Shown one piece after another: positions 40,112 through 49,447 of a DNA stretch of 64,000 nt. The stretch comes from an uncultured Candidatus Rokubacteria bacterium (GTDB lineage: Bacteria; Methylomirabilota; Methylomirabilia; Rokubacteriales; DASRDR01): NCBI GenBank assembly GCA_963708025.1, contig CAVPSB010000014.1, forward strand, positions 256,001 to 320,000, given 5' to 3'. The stretch's first letter is position 1. Each line of letters begins with the position of its first letter. The position numbers were made by a program, and so were the translations under genes. The notes below the pieces were generated by a model. That model had not been told where the DNA came from and did not search any database. It was given only the letters and a program-made list of their open reading frames with translations.

Positions 40112-42148
40112 ATGGAGCCACGACGGACCGTCCGCACGATGTGCCCGATGAACTGCCATCCCACCCTCTGCGGGATGCTGGTCGAGGTCGAGGACGGGCG
40201 GCTGCTGGCGGTAAAGGGCGACCCCGACAACCCGGACAGCCAGGGGTTCCTCTGCGTTCGCGGCCAGGCCTCGCGGGAGATCATCGGGAACCCGAAGCGC
40301 CTGCTCCACCCCCTGGTGCGGGACCGGCGGAGCGACGACGCCTGGCGGCGGGCGAGCTGGGACGAGGCGCTCGACCGGATCGTCGACCGGATGCAGCGGG
40401 CCGGGCGGGAGGCGGTGGGGCTCTGGTCGGGACACGGCCTGTTCGCGAACAACTACGGCACCCGGGTTGGCTCCCACCTGCTGAGACGCTTTGCGCACCT
40501 CCACGGCTGCCAGTGGTGGCACCCGGCGATGATCTGCTGGGGGCTCGGCGGCTTCGGGATCGGGCTGACGGGGCCGCTCGAGACGAACACGAAGGAGGAC
40601 ATGGGGGCGCACGCGCGCCTGATCGTCCTCTGGGGCGCGAACCTGGCGAGCCAGCCGAACACGGGCCGCTACCTGGCGGCGGCCCGCCGGCGGGGGGCCC
40701 ACGTCGTCACCGTCGACGTCCGGGAGACGGAGGCGGCGGCCCAGTCGGACGAGGTCATCCTCCTGAGGCCGGGGACCGACGCCGCCCTGGCGCTCGGGCT
40801 GATGCACGTCCTCATTGGCGAAGGGCTATGTGACCGTCAATTCACGGAGAACCACACAGTCGGGCTCGCCGAGCTGGCCGAGCACGTGAGGGCGCACGAC
40901 CCCGAGTGGGCGGCCGGCGTCACGGGCGTTCCGGCCGAGCGGATCCGAGGTCTGGCCCGCCGGTATGCCGGAACGAAGCCCGCGATGATCCTCCTGGGCG
41001 GAAGCTCCATGCACAAGGGGGCGAACGGCTGGCAGGGGGCCCGGGCGGTCGCCTGCCTGCCGGCCCTCACCGGGAACCTCGGCATGCCGGGCGGCGGCCT
41101 GGGCCCCCGCCACGGCGCCGCGTCCCACGGCCAGGCGATGCGGGACATCACCCTGCCGGAGCGCCGGCCGCCCGGCGACTACGTCCCGAACCAGATGCCG
41201 CGCATCACGGAGTCCCTGGTCTCGGGCCGGGTCCGCGTCCTCCTCCTCTTCGGGACCGACATGCTCTCCTCGTTCGCGGCGGCGGGCGACCTGGCCGACG
41301 GGCTGGCCCGCACCGAGCTGGTCGTGAGCCACGACCTCTTCCTCAACGACACCGCGCGGCGTTACGCCGACGTCGTCCTGCCCTCGACCTCGTGGCTCGA
41401 GGAGCTGGGCGGCAAGGCGACCAACACCCACCTCTACCTGATGCCCCCGGTTCTCGAGCCGCCCGGCGAGACCCGCCCGGCCGCGTGGATCATGCGGGAG
41501 CTGGCGCGCCGGCTGGGCTTCGGCGCCGAGTTCTACCCGTGGACGACCGACGAGGGGCCGCTCGACGCGATCCTGGACCACCCGGCGACGGGCCATGCGA
41601 CGGTGGCGGGGCTCCGGGCGGAGGGCGGCATCCGGGCGCTCGCCATCTCCCACGTGGCGCACCCCGACCTCGCGTTCCCGACGCCGTCGGGCAAAGTCGA
41701 GTTCTACTCGGAGCGGGCGGCGAAGCTCGGGCTCCCGCCGCTCCCCGTCTACGAGCCCTTGCCCACGTCCGATCGCTACCCGCTCAGCTTCCGCCAGGGG
41801 CGGACCCTGACCGCGTTCCACGGCTTCTACGACCACGGCCAGGCGCTCCCGACGCTGGCGCGCCTCGACCCCGGGCCGTCCCTGTGGATCGCGCCAGCCG
41901 ACGCCCGGGTCCGCGGCCTGGAGGACGGCGCGGCGATCCGGATCTGGAACGATCGGGGCGAGTTCGAGGCGCGCGCCCGGGTCACCGAGCGCGTGCCGGC
42001 GGGGACGGTGTGGATGCGCGACGGCTGGACGGGGCTGAACCGGCTGACCTCGGGGGCGCCGAGCCTGCCTGACGAGGCGGTGGATCTCTTCTCCTTCGCG
42101 GCCGGCCAGTCGGCCTTCGACGCGATGGTGGAGGTGGCGCGGGTCTGA
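40112..42148 (+). CDS. Molybdopterin-dependent oxidoreductase (DMSO reductase superfamily)
   Basis: CPMNCHPTLC...GFLCVRG Fe-S motif, RPGTDAAL, ADVVLP, TPSGKVEF, C-terminal molybdopterin-binding domain. Confidence 0.9.
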   Translation: MEPRRTVRTMCPMNCHPTLCGMLVEVEDGRLLAVKGDPDNPDSQGFLCVRGQASREIIGNPKRLLHPLVRDRRSDDAWRRASWDEALDRIVDRMQRAGREAVGLWSGHGLFANNYGTRVGSHLLRRFAHLHGCQWWHPAMICWGLGGFGIGLTGPLETNTKEDMGAHARLIVLWGANLASQPNTGRYLAAARRRGAHVVTVDVRETEAAAQSDEVILLRPGTDAALALGLMHVLIGEGLCDRQFTENHTVGLAELAEHVRAHDPEWAAGVTGVPAERIRGLARRYAGTKPAMILLGGSSMHKGANGWQGARAVACLPALTGNLGMPGGGLGPRHGAASHGQAMRDITLPERRPPGDYVPNQMPRITESLVSGRVRVLLLFGTDMLSSFAAAGDLADGLARTELVVSHDLFLNDTARRYADVVLPSTSWLEELGGKATNTHLYLMPPVLEPPGETRPAAWIMRELARRLGFGAEFYPWTTDEGPLDAILDHPATGHATVAGLRAEGGIRALAISHVAHPDLAFPTPSGKVEFYSERAAKLGLPPLPVYEPLPTSDRYPLSFRQGRTLTAFHGFYDHGQALPTLARLDPGPSLWIAPADARVRGLEDGAAIRIWNDRGEFEARARVTERVPAGTVWMRDGWTGLNRLTSGAPSLPDEAVDLFSFAAGQSAFDAMVEVARV

Positions 42149-42165
42149 CTCGACCCGCGCGGACG

Positions 42166-43014
42166 GTGGCCGTGAGGCGCTGGCTGCTGTTCGTGCTCCT
42201 GGTCTTCCCGGCGCTGGCCGGCGCGGAAGAGAGCGAGCTGACCGTCCGCTACGAGGCGGGCCGGCTCTCCGTGAGCGCGCGAGCGGCGCCGCTCGAGGAC
42301 GTCCTCGCCGAGGTGGCCACCGCGAGCGGTGTCCGGATCGAGATCGAATCGGCGCCGCTCGCGTCCGGGGAGACCATCACCCTGACGGTCGAGGACGTCA
42401 GCCTCGAGGACGGGCTCCGGCGGATCCTCGGGAAGCAGGGCTTTGTCCTGTTCTATTCGCCGGCTGGCCTGGCCGAGGTCCGCGTGTACCCCGGGCCGTC
42501 CGTCGGCGTGGCCCGCGACGCCGACCCCGACGTCGAGGTGGGGGAGTCGGTGCCGAGGGCGCTGCCGCCGGGGACGGTGGGTCGGCGGACGCGCCGGCCC
42601 GTCGCCGCGGCACCGGAGGACCCCGCCGAGCTGGCTCGCCTCCGAACGGAGGCGCTGTCGGGTCCCGATCCGGCGATGCGGGCGACGGCCCTCGTCACGC
42701 TGAGCGCCAGCCGCGACCGGGCGCTCGCTCGGGAGACGGCGCTGGCAGCGCTTCGGGGCGAGCGCGAGGAGACCGTGCTCCAGAGCGCGCTGACCCTGCT
42801 AATGCGACAGGGCGCGGTCCCCGTGGACGCCGTGCTCCCGCTCGCCGGGACCGACCGCGCGGCGGGGGTCCGGCTGCTCGCCCTCCGGCTGCTCGTCCGG
42901 GACGGGGCCCGCGACCCCCGCGTCACCGGTCTCCTGACCGAGCTCGCCGGCGCGGAGCCGGACCCCGCGGTCCGGGAGACCGCCCGGGAGCTGCTCCAGG
43001 ACCTGGAGCGGTAG
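42166..43014 (+). CDS. Secreted hypothetical protein (secretin/STN-like N-terminal domain plus HEAT-like repeats)
   Basis: Signal peptide; LSVSARAAPLEDVLAEVA; DPAMRATAL and DPAVRETA helical repeats. Confidence 0.55.
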   Translation: MAVRRWLLFVLLVFPALAGAEESELTVRYEAGRLSVSARAAPLEDVLAEVATASGVRIEIESAPLASGETITLTVEDVSLEDGLRRILGKQGFVLFYSPAGLAEVRVYPGPSVGVARDADPDVEVGESVPRALPPGTVGRRTRRPVAAAPEDPAELARLRTEALSGPDPAMRATALVTLSASRDRALARETALAALRGEREETVLQSALTLLMRQGAVPVDAVLPLAGTDRAAGVRLLALRLLVRDGARDPRVTGLLTELAGAEPDPAVRETARELLQDLER

Positions 43015-43040
43015 GGCCGGCCGGGCGCGCGAGAAGGGCG

Positions 43041-43091
43041 CCCCTCACCCTGACCCTCTCCCCCCACTGACGGACAGTCGGGGGGGAGGGA
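43041..43091. repeat. BoxC-like element between convergent genes
   Basis: cccctcaccctgaccctctcccccc...gggggggaggga. Confidence 0.7.
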
Positions 43092-43127
43092 TGCAGAGGC
43101 TGGCCCTGCCCGGTGTGGGGAGGGACG

Positions 43128-43892
43128 TCAGGCGTCGGCGAAGGCGGTGAGCGTTTCCGGCGACAGCTCGCCGGCCGAGTCGCGGTCGAGGAAGAGGAAG
43201 CAGCGCGCGTGCCGCCTCAGGATGGATGCGGGCGCCCGCGGCGCGATCTCGTCCTCGAGGGTCATCGTCACCGCGCGCGCTTTCCGTCCCTCCGGGGCGG
43301 TGCAGACGACGCTCCCCGCCTTCATGATCTGGCGGATCGACATCGAGACGGCCCGCCGGGGCACGTCGTCCAGCGACGCGAACGAGCCGCCGCGGAACAG
43401 CTGGCGGCGGTACGTCTCGTCGAGGTCGACCAGGATGAAGGGCGTTTCGGTCTCGAAGTCGGCCGGCGGGTCGTTGAAGGCCAGATGCCCGTTCTCGCCG
43501 ATCCCCAGGAAGGCCACGTCGACCGGGGTGGCGGCGAGGATGCGGTTGAGCCGGGCCAGCTCCCCGGCGAGATCGGGGGCGTCCCCCTGGATGAAGTGGA
43601 CGGTGCCCACGGGCACTCGGCTCGTGAGGCGCTCGCGCAGGTACCGGCGGAGCGACGCCGGGTGGTCGGGCGGGAAGCCGATGTACTCGTCGAGGTGGAA
43701 CAGCGTGGTCCGCGTCCAGTCGATGCCGGGTGCCGCCACCAGGTGGGCGAGGAACGCCATCTGAGACACGCCCGTGGCCGCGACGAAGGCCGCCCGGTCC
43801 CGCGCGGCGATCGCCTCGCGCAGGAGGCGCGCCGCCGTCTCCGCGGCGGCGCGGGCCGCCGCGGCGGGGTCGGGATGGACGGTCACCTTCAT
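43128..43892 (-). CDS. Glucosamine-6-phosphate deaminase family protein
   Basis: ATGVSQ, FHLDEYIG, LGIGENGHLAFNDP, PASILRRH; ATGA overlap. Confidence 0.88.
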   Translation of the reverse strand: MKVTVHPDPAAAARAAAETAARLLREAIAARDRAAFVAATGVSQMAFLAHLVAAPGIDWTRTTLFHLDEYIGFPPDHPASLRRYLRERLTSRVPVGTVHFIQGDAPDLAGELARLNRILAATPVDVAFLGIGENGHLAFNDPPADFETETPFILVDLDETYRRQLFRGGSFASLDDVPRRAVSMSIRQIMKAGSVVCTAPEGRKARAVTMTLEDEIAPRAPASILRRHARCFLFLDRDSAGELSPETLTAFADA

Positions 43893-44809
43893 GGGGCCAG
43901 GAGGCCGAGGTCCTGGAGGTGGCGGCGGATCTGGTCGCGCTCGGGCTCGCGGAAGCGGTGGAAGGGCTCGGCCATGAAGTCGTCGCAGATCCCGAGGAGG
44001 GACAGGGCGCACTTGAGGCCCTTGATGATGGCCGAGCCGTGGTGGCCGACGGCGTAGAGCGTGCCGACGACCTGGACGACCCGCGCGTGGAGCGCGGCGA
44101 CGCGCGCGAGGTCTCGCCGGGCCGCGGCCTCGTACAGCTCGACGTAGAGCCGCGGCATCAGGTTCGCCCCGCCGTTGACGCCGCCGTGGGCGCCGGCGAG
44201 GAGGACCGCCTCGGCCAGGAGATCCTCCGGCCCCACCAGCACGGACCACCCCGGCTGCTCCGCGACCAGCCGGCCCACCTGGTGGAGGTAGCCCATGTCT
44301 CCCGAGCTGTCCTTGATCCCGACGATCTGCGGCAGGTCCATGGCGCGCCGCAGGGTGTCGAGGGCGAACGGCACCTTGGTCAGGCTCGGCATGTTGTAGA
44401 GGAACACCGGCAGCGGCAGCTCGCGAACGATGTGCTGGAGGTACTCCCACAGCTCGGGCTGGGCGACCGTGTGGTAGTAGGGCGAGGAGAGGACCACCGC
44501 CTGGGCCCCGGCGTCGGCGGCGTGGGCCGCCAGCCGCACCGACTCGACGAACGCGGTGTCGGTGATCCCGACCAGGACGGGGACCCGGCCCGCCACCTGC
44601 TTGCAGACCCGCTGGACCAGCTCGTAGCGGAGCCGGTAGCCGAGGCTTGCCGCCTCGCCGCTGGTGCCCAGGATGAAGAGGCCGGCGATGCCACCGCCCA
44701 GCACGTGCTCGAGGAGCCGCTCGAGCCCGGCCACGTCCAGCTCGTCGCGGGCGGAGAGCGGCGTGATCATGGGTGGCACGATGCCGCGCAGGGGACGGGC
44801 CAGGCTCAT
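43889..44809 (-). CDS. DHDPS/NAL-family aldolase
   Basis: GIVPPMITP, GTSGE, LYNMP, GIKDSSGD. Confidence 0.9.
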   Translation of the reverse strand: MSLARPLRGIVPPMITPLSARDELDVAGLERLLEHVLGGGIAGLFILGTSGEAASLGYRLRYELVQRVCKQVAGRVPVLVGITDTAFVESVRLAAHAADAGAQAVVLSSPYYHTVAQPELWEYLQHIVRELPLPVFLYNMPSLTKVPFALDTLRRAMDLPQIVGIKDSSGDMGYLHQVGRLVAEQPGWSVLVGPEDLLAEAVLLAGAHGGVNGGANLMPRLYVELYEAAARRDLARVAALHARVVQVVGTLYAVGHHGSAIIKGLKCALSLLGICDDFMAEPFHRFREPERDQIRRHLQDLGLLAP

Positions 44810-44930
44810 CGACGCGGGGATCCGGGCCGGCCGACCATGGGGAGAGCATAGCACGCGGTTGCGCGGGCGAGCGCCGTCGTGCGATGGTGAAGGCCGCGCG
44901 CTCACCGGGCTCCAGAGGAGAAGCCAACCC

Positions 44931-45365
44931 ATGCTGAAGGGCATCGACCCGCTGCTCGCCCCGGAGCTACTCCACGCGCTGGCCGCGATGGGCCACGGCG
45001 ACGAGCTGGCGGTCGTCGACGCGAACTTCCCGGCGGTCTCGGTGGCCCGCCGCCTCGTCCGGCTCGACGGCGTCCCGGCGCCGCGGGCGCTCCAGGCGGT
45101 CCTCTCGCTCCTGCCCCTCGACACCTTCACCGACACGCCGGCCGCCGTCATGGCCGTGGTGGGGGACCCCGCGGCGGTCCCGCCGCCGGTGCGCGAGTTC
45201 CAGCCGATCGTGGACGCCGCCGCCGGGCGCCCGGTGCGCCTGGTGGCGCTCGAGCGCTTCGCCTTCTACGAGCGGGCGCGGGCGGCCTTCGCGGTCGTTG
45301 CCACCGGGGATACGCGGGCCTACGGCAACATCCTGGTCACGAAGGGCGTGGTCGCCTCGGGATGA
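44931..45365 (+). CDS. fucU: RbsD/FucU family mutarotase
   Basis: MLKGI...MGHGDELAVVDANFP, ERFAFYERA, YGNILVTKGV. Confidence 0.88.
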   Translation: MLKGIDPLLAPELLHALAAMGHGDELAVVDANFPAVSVARRLVRLDGVPAPRALQAVLSLLPLDTFTDTPAAVMAVVGDPAAVPPPVREFQPIVDAAAGRPVRLVALERFAFYERARAAFAVVATGDTRAYGNILVTKGVVASG

Positions 45366-46381
45366 CGATGGAGCCCGGCGCGCGGCGGAGGCTCGGGAAG
45401 TCGGCGGTCGAGGTGACCCGGATGGGGTTCGGCGGCGCCCCGCTCGGCAACCTCTTCAACCCGGTCGCCGCCGACGCGGCCCGGCAGGCGATCGACGGCG
45501 CCTACGACCGCGGCCTCCGCTACTTCGACACCGCGCCGCTCTACGGCCACGGGCTGAGCGAGCGGCGGCTGGGCGAGGCGCTCCGGAGCCGGCCGCGCGA
45601 GAGCTTCGTCCTCTCGACGAAGGTCGGACGCGTGCTCGAGCCGGGGACGCCGCCGGCCGGGGCCTACGTCGAGCTGCCGTCCCTCGTGCCGCGGTTCGAC
45701 TACAGCGAGGCGGGTGCGCTCCGCTCGGTGGAGGAGAGCCTCGGCCGCCTCGGGCTCGACCGGGTGGACGTCCTCTACATCCACGACATCGACGCCTTCA
45801 CTCACGGCGCCGAGGGCGCTCCCGCCCGCTTCCGCGAGGCGATGTCGGGCGCCTACCGGGCGATCGAGCGGCTGCGGCGCGAAGGGCGGGTGCGGGCGAT
45901 CGGCGTCGGCGTCAACGAGTGGGAGGCCTGCCAGCGCGCGGCCGAGGCCGCCGACTTCGACTGCTTCCTGCTGGCCGGGCGCTACACGCTGCTGGAGCAG
46001 GAGGCGCTGGAATCCTTCCTGCCGCTCTGCGAGCGTCGCGGGATCGGCGTCGTGATCGGCGGCCCGCTCAACTCCGGTATCCTGGCCACCGGCCCCGTTC
46101 CCGGCGCGACCTACAACTACCGGCCGGCGCCGCCGGCCATCCTCGATCGCGCCCGGCGCCTCGAGCGCGTGTGCGCGAGCCACGGCGTGCCACTGGCGGC
46201 CGCCGCGCTCCAGTTCCCGCTCGCCCACCCGGCGGTCGCGTGCGTGATCCCCGGGGCCCGGTCGGTGGGCGAGGTCGAGCAGAACGTGGCGCTGCTGGCG
46301 CGGCCGCTGCCGGCGGCCCTGTGGCGGGACCTGAAGGCCGAGGGCCTGGTGCGCGCGGACGCGCCGACCCCGGCCGGGTAG
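45362..46381 (+). CDS. Aldo/keto reductase, D-threo-aldose (L-fucose) dehydrogenase-like
   Basis: GFGGAPLGNLF, FDTAPLYGHGLSE, LSTKVGR, LLAGRYTLL. Confidence 0.88.
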   Translation: MTMEPGARRRLGKSAVEVTRMGFGGAPLGNLFNPVAADAARQAIDGAYDRGLRYFDTAPLYGHGLSERRLGEALRSRPRESFVLSTKVGRVLEPGTPPAGAYVELPSLVPRFDYSEAGALRSVEESLGRLGLDRVDVLYIHDIDAFTHGAEGAPARFREAMSGAYRAIERLRREGRVRAIGVGVNEWEACQRAAEAADFDCFLLAGRYTLLEQEALESFLPLCERRGIGVVIGGPLNSGILATGPVPGATYNYRPAPPAILDRARRLERVCASHGVPLAAAALQFPLAHPAVACVIPGARSVGEVEQNVALLARPLPAALWRDLKAEGLVRADAPTPAG

Positions 46382-46527
46382 GGGCGGGGCCGATGAGCGT
46401 CGCATCGCGTCGTCGTTCGGACGGCCTTCGGCCTTTGGGGTCGTCGCCCATCCTCGGCGTATGCTGCATACGCCTGCGGTGGGCGACTCCCTGCGTCCTA
46501 GCGCTGCTCGCTCCTCGGCCCCGCCCC
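46381..46527. mobile_element. MITE-like structured repeat, short copy
   Basis: Terminal IRs ggggcggggccgatgagcg / cgctcctcggccccgcccc; homologous to 11776-12050. Confidence 0.7.
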
Positions 46528-46581
46528 AAGAACTTGACTCATCCGTCATGACCCTGACCCCCGAAGGACTCTAGGATCTGC

Positions 46582-47451
46582 ATGGCGGGTCCCGGCGATA
46601 CGCGGCGCATCGACGCCCACCAGCACTTCTGGCGCCTGAGCCGGGGCGACTACGGCTGGATCACCCCCGACCTCCGCCCCATCCACCACGACTTCGGCCC
46701 GGCCGACCTGGCCCCGCTCCTGGCGCGGGCCGGGATCGGCGCGACGATCCTCGTCCAGGCCGCACCGACGGTCACCGAGACCCGGTTCCTGCTCCACACG
46801 GCGGGAGCGACGAGCTTCGTCGCGGGCGTGGTCGGCTGGGTGGACATGGCGGCGCCCGAGGCGCCGGAGACGATGGCCGGGCTGGCCCGGGACCCCTACC
46901 TCCGCGGGATCCGGCCGATGATCCACGACATCGCGGACCCCGACTGGATGCTGGGCCGGGGGCTCGATCCGGCGTTTCGCGCGCTGATCGAGCTGGGGCT
47001 CGTGTTCGACGCCCTGGTCCGGCCGGTCCACCTGGCGAACCTCCGGGTGCTGCTCGGCCGCTACCCCGACCTCCGGGTCGTGATCGACCACGCGGCCAAG
47101 CCCGACATCGCGCGCTGGGGCCACTCCCCCGCGGCGCGGGCGACCTGGGCGGCGGCCATGGCGGATCTCGCGTGCTCGACCGGCGCCGCGTGCAAGCTCT
47201 CGGGGCTGGTCACCGAGGCGGTGCCGGGCTGGAGCGCGGACGACCTCCGGCCGTACGTGGACCACCTGCTGGAGTGCTTCGGTCCCGACCGGCTGCTGTG
47301 GGGGAGCGACTGGCCGGTGGTCGACCTCGCCGGCGGCCACGCCGCGTGGTGGGACGCGTCGCAGGCCTGCCTCGCCGGGCTGGGCGCGAACGACCGGACG
47401 AAGATCCTCGGCGGCACCGCCGCGCGGGTGTACGGGCTCCCGGAGCGGTGA
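46582..47451 (+). CDS. Amidohydrolase, L-fuconolactonase-like
   Basis: IDAHQHFW, ILVQA, IDHAAKP, CKLSGL, WGSDWPV. Confidence 0.88.
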   Translation: MAGPGDTRRIDAHQHFWRLSRGDYGWITPDLRPIHHDFGPADLAPLLARAGIGATILVQAAPTVTETRFLLHTAGATSFVAGVVGWVDMAAPEAPETMAGLARDPYLRGIRPMIHDIADPDWMLGRGLDPAFRALIELGLVFDALVRPVHLANLRVLLGRYPDLRVVIDHAAKPDIARWGHSPAARATWAAAMADLACSTGAACKLSGLVTEAVPGWSADDLRPYVDHLLECFGPDRLLWGSDWPVVDLAGGHAAWWDASQACLAGLGANDRTKILGGTAARVYGLPER

Positions 47452-47619
47452 GCAGTGATGAAGTCTCGCTTGGGATCCCAGACCGCGATGGATCGGTTGT
47501 CCGGCTCTTCGAGGTCGCGTACGCTGGAGCTGGTGATCGCTCGTCGGATCTCTCGCGCCGCGCTCCGGTCGCGGGTCGTCCGGGCGAGCGCCGAGCAGTT
47601 CATCAGCCAAGGAGGATGT

Positions 47620-48024
47620 ATGTCGAACGTAGCGCGACTCGCAGTGCTTGCCGTGACGGTGCTCGTGATGGTCCCCGGCCTGGTGAGCGCGGCCGAAGTG
47701 ATGGTGAATCTCCAGCCCCAGAATAATTCCGGGGAGTCGGGGACCGCCACGTTGACGGACACTGCCGACGGCAAGGCCAAGGTGACGGTCAACGTGACCG
47801 GGCAGCCGGCGGGCAGCCAGCCGATGCACATCCACAAGGGAACCTGCGCGAGCCTCGATCCGAAGCCGGCGTTCCCGCTCCCGGCCCTGACCGGAGGCAA
47901 GTCCGAAGCCACCGTCAACGTCACGGTGGACGCGCTCCAGAAGGAGAAGTACGCGATCAACGGCCACAAGTCGGCGCAGGAGGCTTCGGTGTACGTGTTC
48001 TGCGGCGACATCCCGGCGAAGTAG
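47620..48024 (+). CDS. Small secreted protein, CHRD/Cu-Zn SOD-like
   Basis: Signal peptide; QNNSGESGTATL, QPMHIHKGTC, INGHKS, CGDI; AAGGAGG SD. Confidence 0.7.
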   Translation: MSNVARLAVLAVTVLVMVPGLVSAAEVMVNLQPQNNSGESGTATLTDTADGKAKVTVNVTGQPAGSQPMHIHKGTCASLDPKPAFPLPALTGGKSEATVNVTVDALQKEKYAINGHKSAQEASVYVFCGDIPAK

Positions 48025-48110
48025 TCGCCGACCATTCCGCTAAGAGCGGCGCGAGGCGGCACGGAGGGGTGTCGCCTCCGCCGATCGGTACCTCGAGGGT
48101 GGAGGGCATC

Positions 48111-48716
48111 GTGAGGGGGATCGAGCGCCGGATCGTCGTGCGGGGGCTGATGCTGCTCGCGGGCGGGTGGGTCTACGGGGTCGTCGGTCGCGAGTCGGCG
48201 GCACAGCAGCTGCCGCGGGGGGTGCCGCCGCCGGCGCCCGGGAGCGGCACCGGCCCGGCCGGGCTCACCTGGACCGCGCCGAAGGGCTGGGTCGCCGAGC
48301 CGCCGACCTCGTCGATGCGCCGCGCCCAGTACCGGATCCCGGGGCCGGCCGGCGCCGGCGAGTGCGTCGTCTTCTACTTCGGCGCCGGCCAGGGTGGCGA
48401 CGCCGAGACGAACGCCGCCCGCTGGGCCGAGCAGTTCGAGCAGCCCGACGGCTCGCCCTCGCGCAAGGCGCTCAAGATGAAGTCGCTCGACGTCAACGGG
48501 GTCCGGGTGACGCTCGCGGAGATCACGGGCATCTACCGCGGCGGGATGCCCGGGGGCCCGGCGGCGCCGACGCGCCCCGACTACATGCTCCTCGGCGCGA
48601 TCGCGCGGGGTCCCGACGCCAACTGGTTCTTCAAGGCCACCGGCCCCCGCCAGACGATGGAAGCCAATCGGGCGGCATTCGACGCCATGGTCCGCTCGCT
48701 CAAGCCAGGCTCGTAG
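48111..48716 (+). CDS. Exported hypothetical protein
   Basis: GGAGG SD, hydrophobic N-terminus, globular WTAPKGW...GGDAETNAARWAEQF...WFFKATGP, typical codon bias. Confidence 0.65.
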   Translation: MRGIERRIVVRGLMLLAGGWVYGVVGRESAAQQLPRGVPPPAPGSGTGPAGLTWTAPKGWVAEPPTSSMRRAQYRIPGPAGAGECVVFYFGAGQGGDAETNAARWAEQFEQPDGSPSRKALKMKSLDVNGVRVTLAEITGIYRGGMPGGPAAPTRPDYMLLGAIARGPDANWFFKATGPRQTMEANRAAFDAMVRSLKPGS

Positions 48717-48957
48717 AAAACCGCTCCCGCAAATCCTCGTCCTCGGCGCGGGGTCTCTGGCCGGTGTTGGGCTGCTGGGTGTCAAGCGTTGTGCAACATT
48801 CAACGACTCGCGCGCAATGGGCGTGGCGGCTGCCAGGAAGGAATCCAGGCGCCTCTCATGGCCGGCGATCGGCGGGGCTCCGTCGAGCGTGGCGCGCGGG
48901 TCGGATGGAATGGATGCCGCATTCCCCGCCGGCGCAGGGCGGGAGGCGGGCGCGCGC

Positions 48958-49251
48958 CTAGTTCAGCGTGACCACGTGGGGGCGGCCCATCTCCTCGATG
49001 AGCGCGACGAGGAGGAGGCGCACCAGCACGGTGGTGGCCGGGCTCGGCGGGCGGGCGTCCGACATCGCGAGGGAGCGGACGATCCGGGTCACGGCCTGGC
49101 GGACCGCCAGCTCGACGGGCGCGGACTCCGCGGTGCCGAACCAGTGGGCCAGGGCCTCGCGGCAGCTCCTGACGCCGTCCTTGACGGCCGCGTTCAGCAC
49201 CGCCACGTCGCCTTCCTGCAGTCCCCTGAGCGCCTCGTCGTCCGGGATCAC
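48958..49251 (-). CDS. Small hypothetical protein
   Basis: GAGGAGGG SD before GTG, high GC3, sigma54 promoter upstream. Confidence 0.55.
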   Translation of the reverse strand: MIPDDEALRGLQEGDVAVLNAAVKDGVRSCREALAHWFGTAESAPVELAVRQAVTRIVRSLAMSDARPPSPATTVLVRLLLVALIEEMGRPHVVTLN

Positions 49252-49300
49252 GTCATTTCCCTCCTCTGTGCTTCGAACCCGCCGTACGCCGACCCAGACG

Positions 49301-49316
49301 AGCAAGGGGTGTGCCA
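49301..49316 (-). promoter_or_regulatory. sigma54 (-24/-12) promoter
   Basis: TGGCAC-ACCCC-TTGCT on the minus strand, matching the consensus spacing. Confidence 0.7.
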
Positions 49317-49447
49317 CGGCGACCACCCGGGCTCTAACTTCACGTCACGACGACGCGATCCGGCCGTCCACCCGCCGGTGAACGGTGAGGCCGGCCCACG
49401 GCCGTCCAGAGTCTGACCAGTCGCCTGGACCGTCTTTGCACAGGTCC

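Noticed and set aside
48717-48957. Possible sRNA or operator between convergent genes (GTTGTGCAAC palindrome, minus-strand TTGACA)
   Set aside because: No matching -10 box, terminator or second copy was found to support it.
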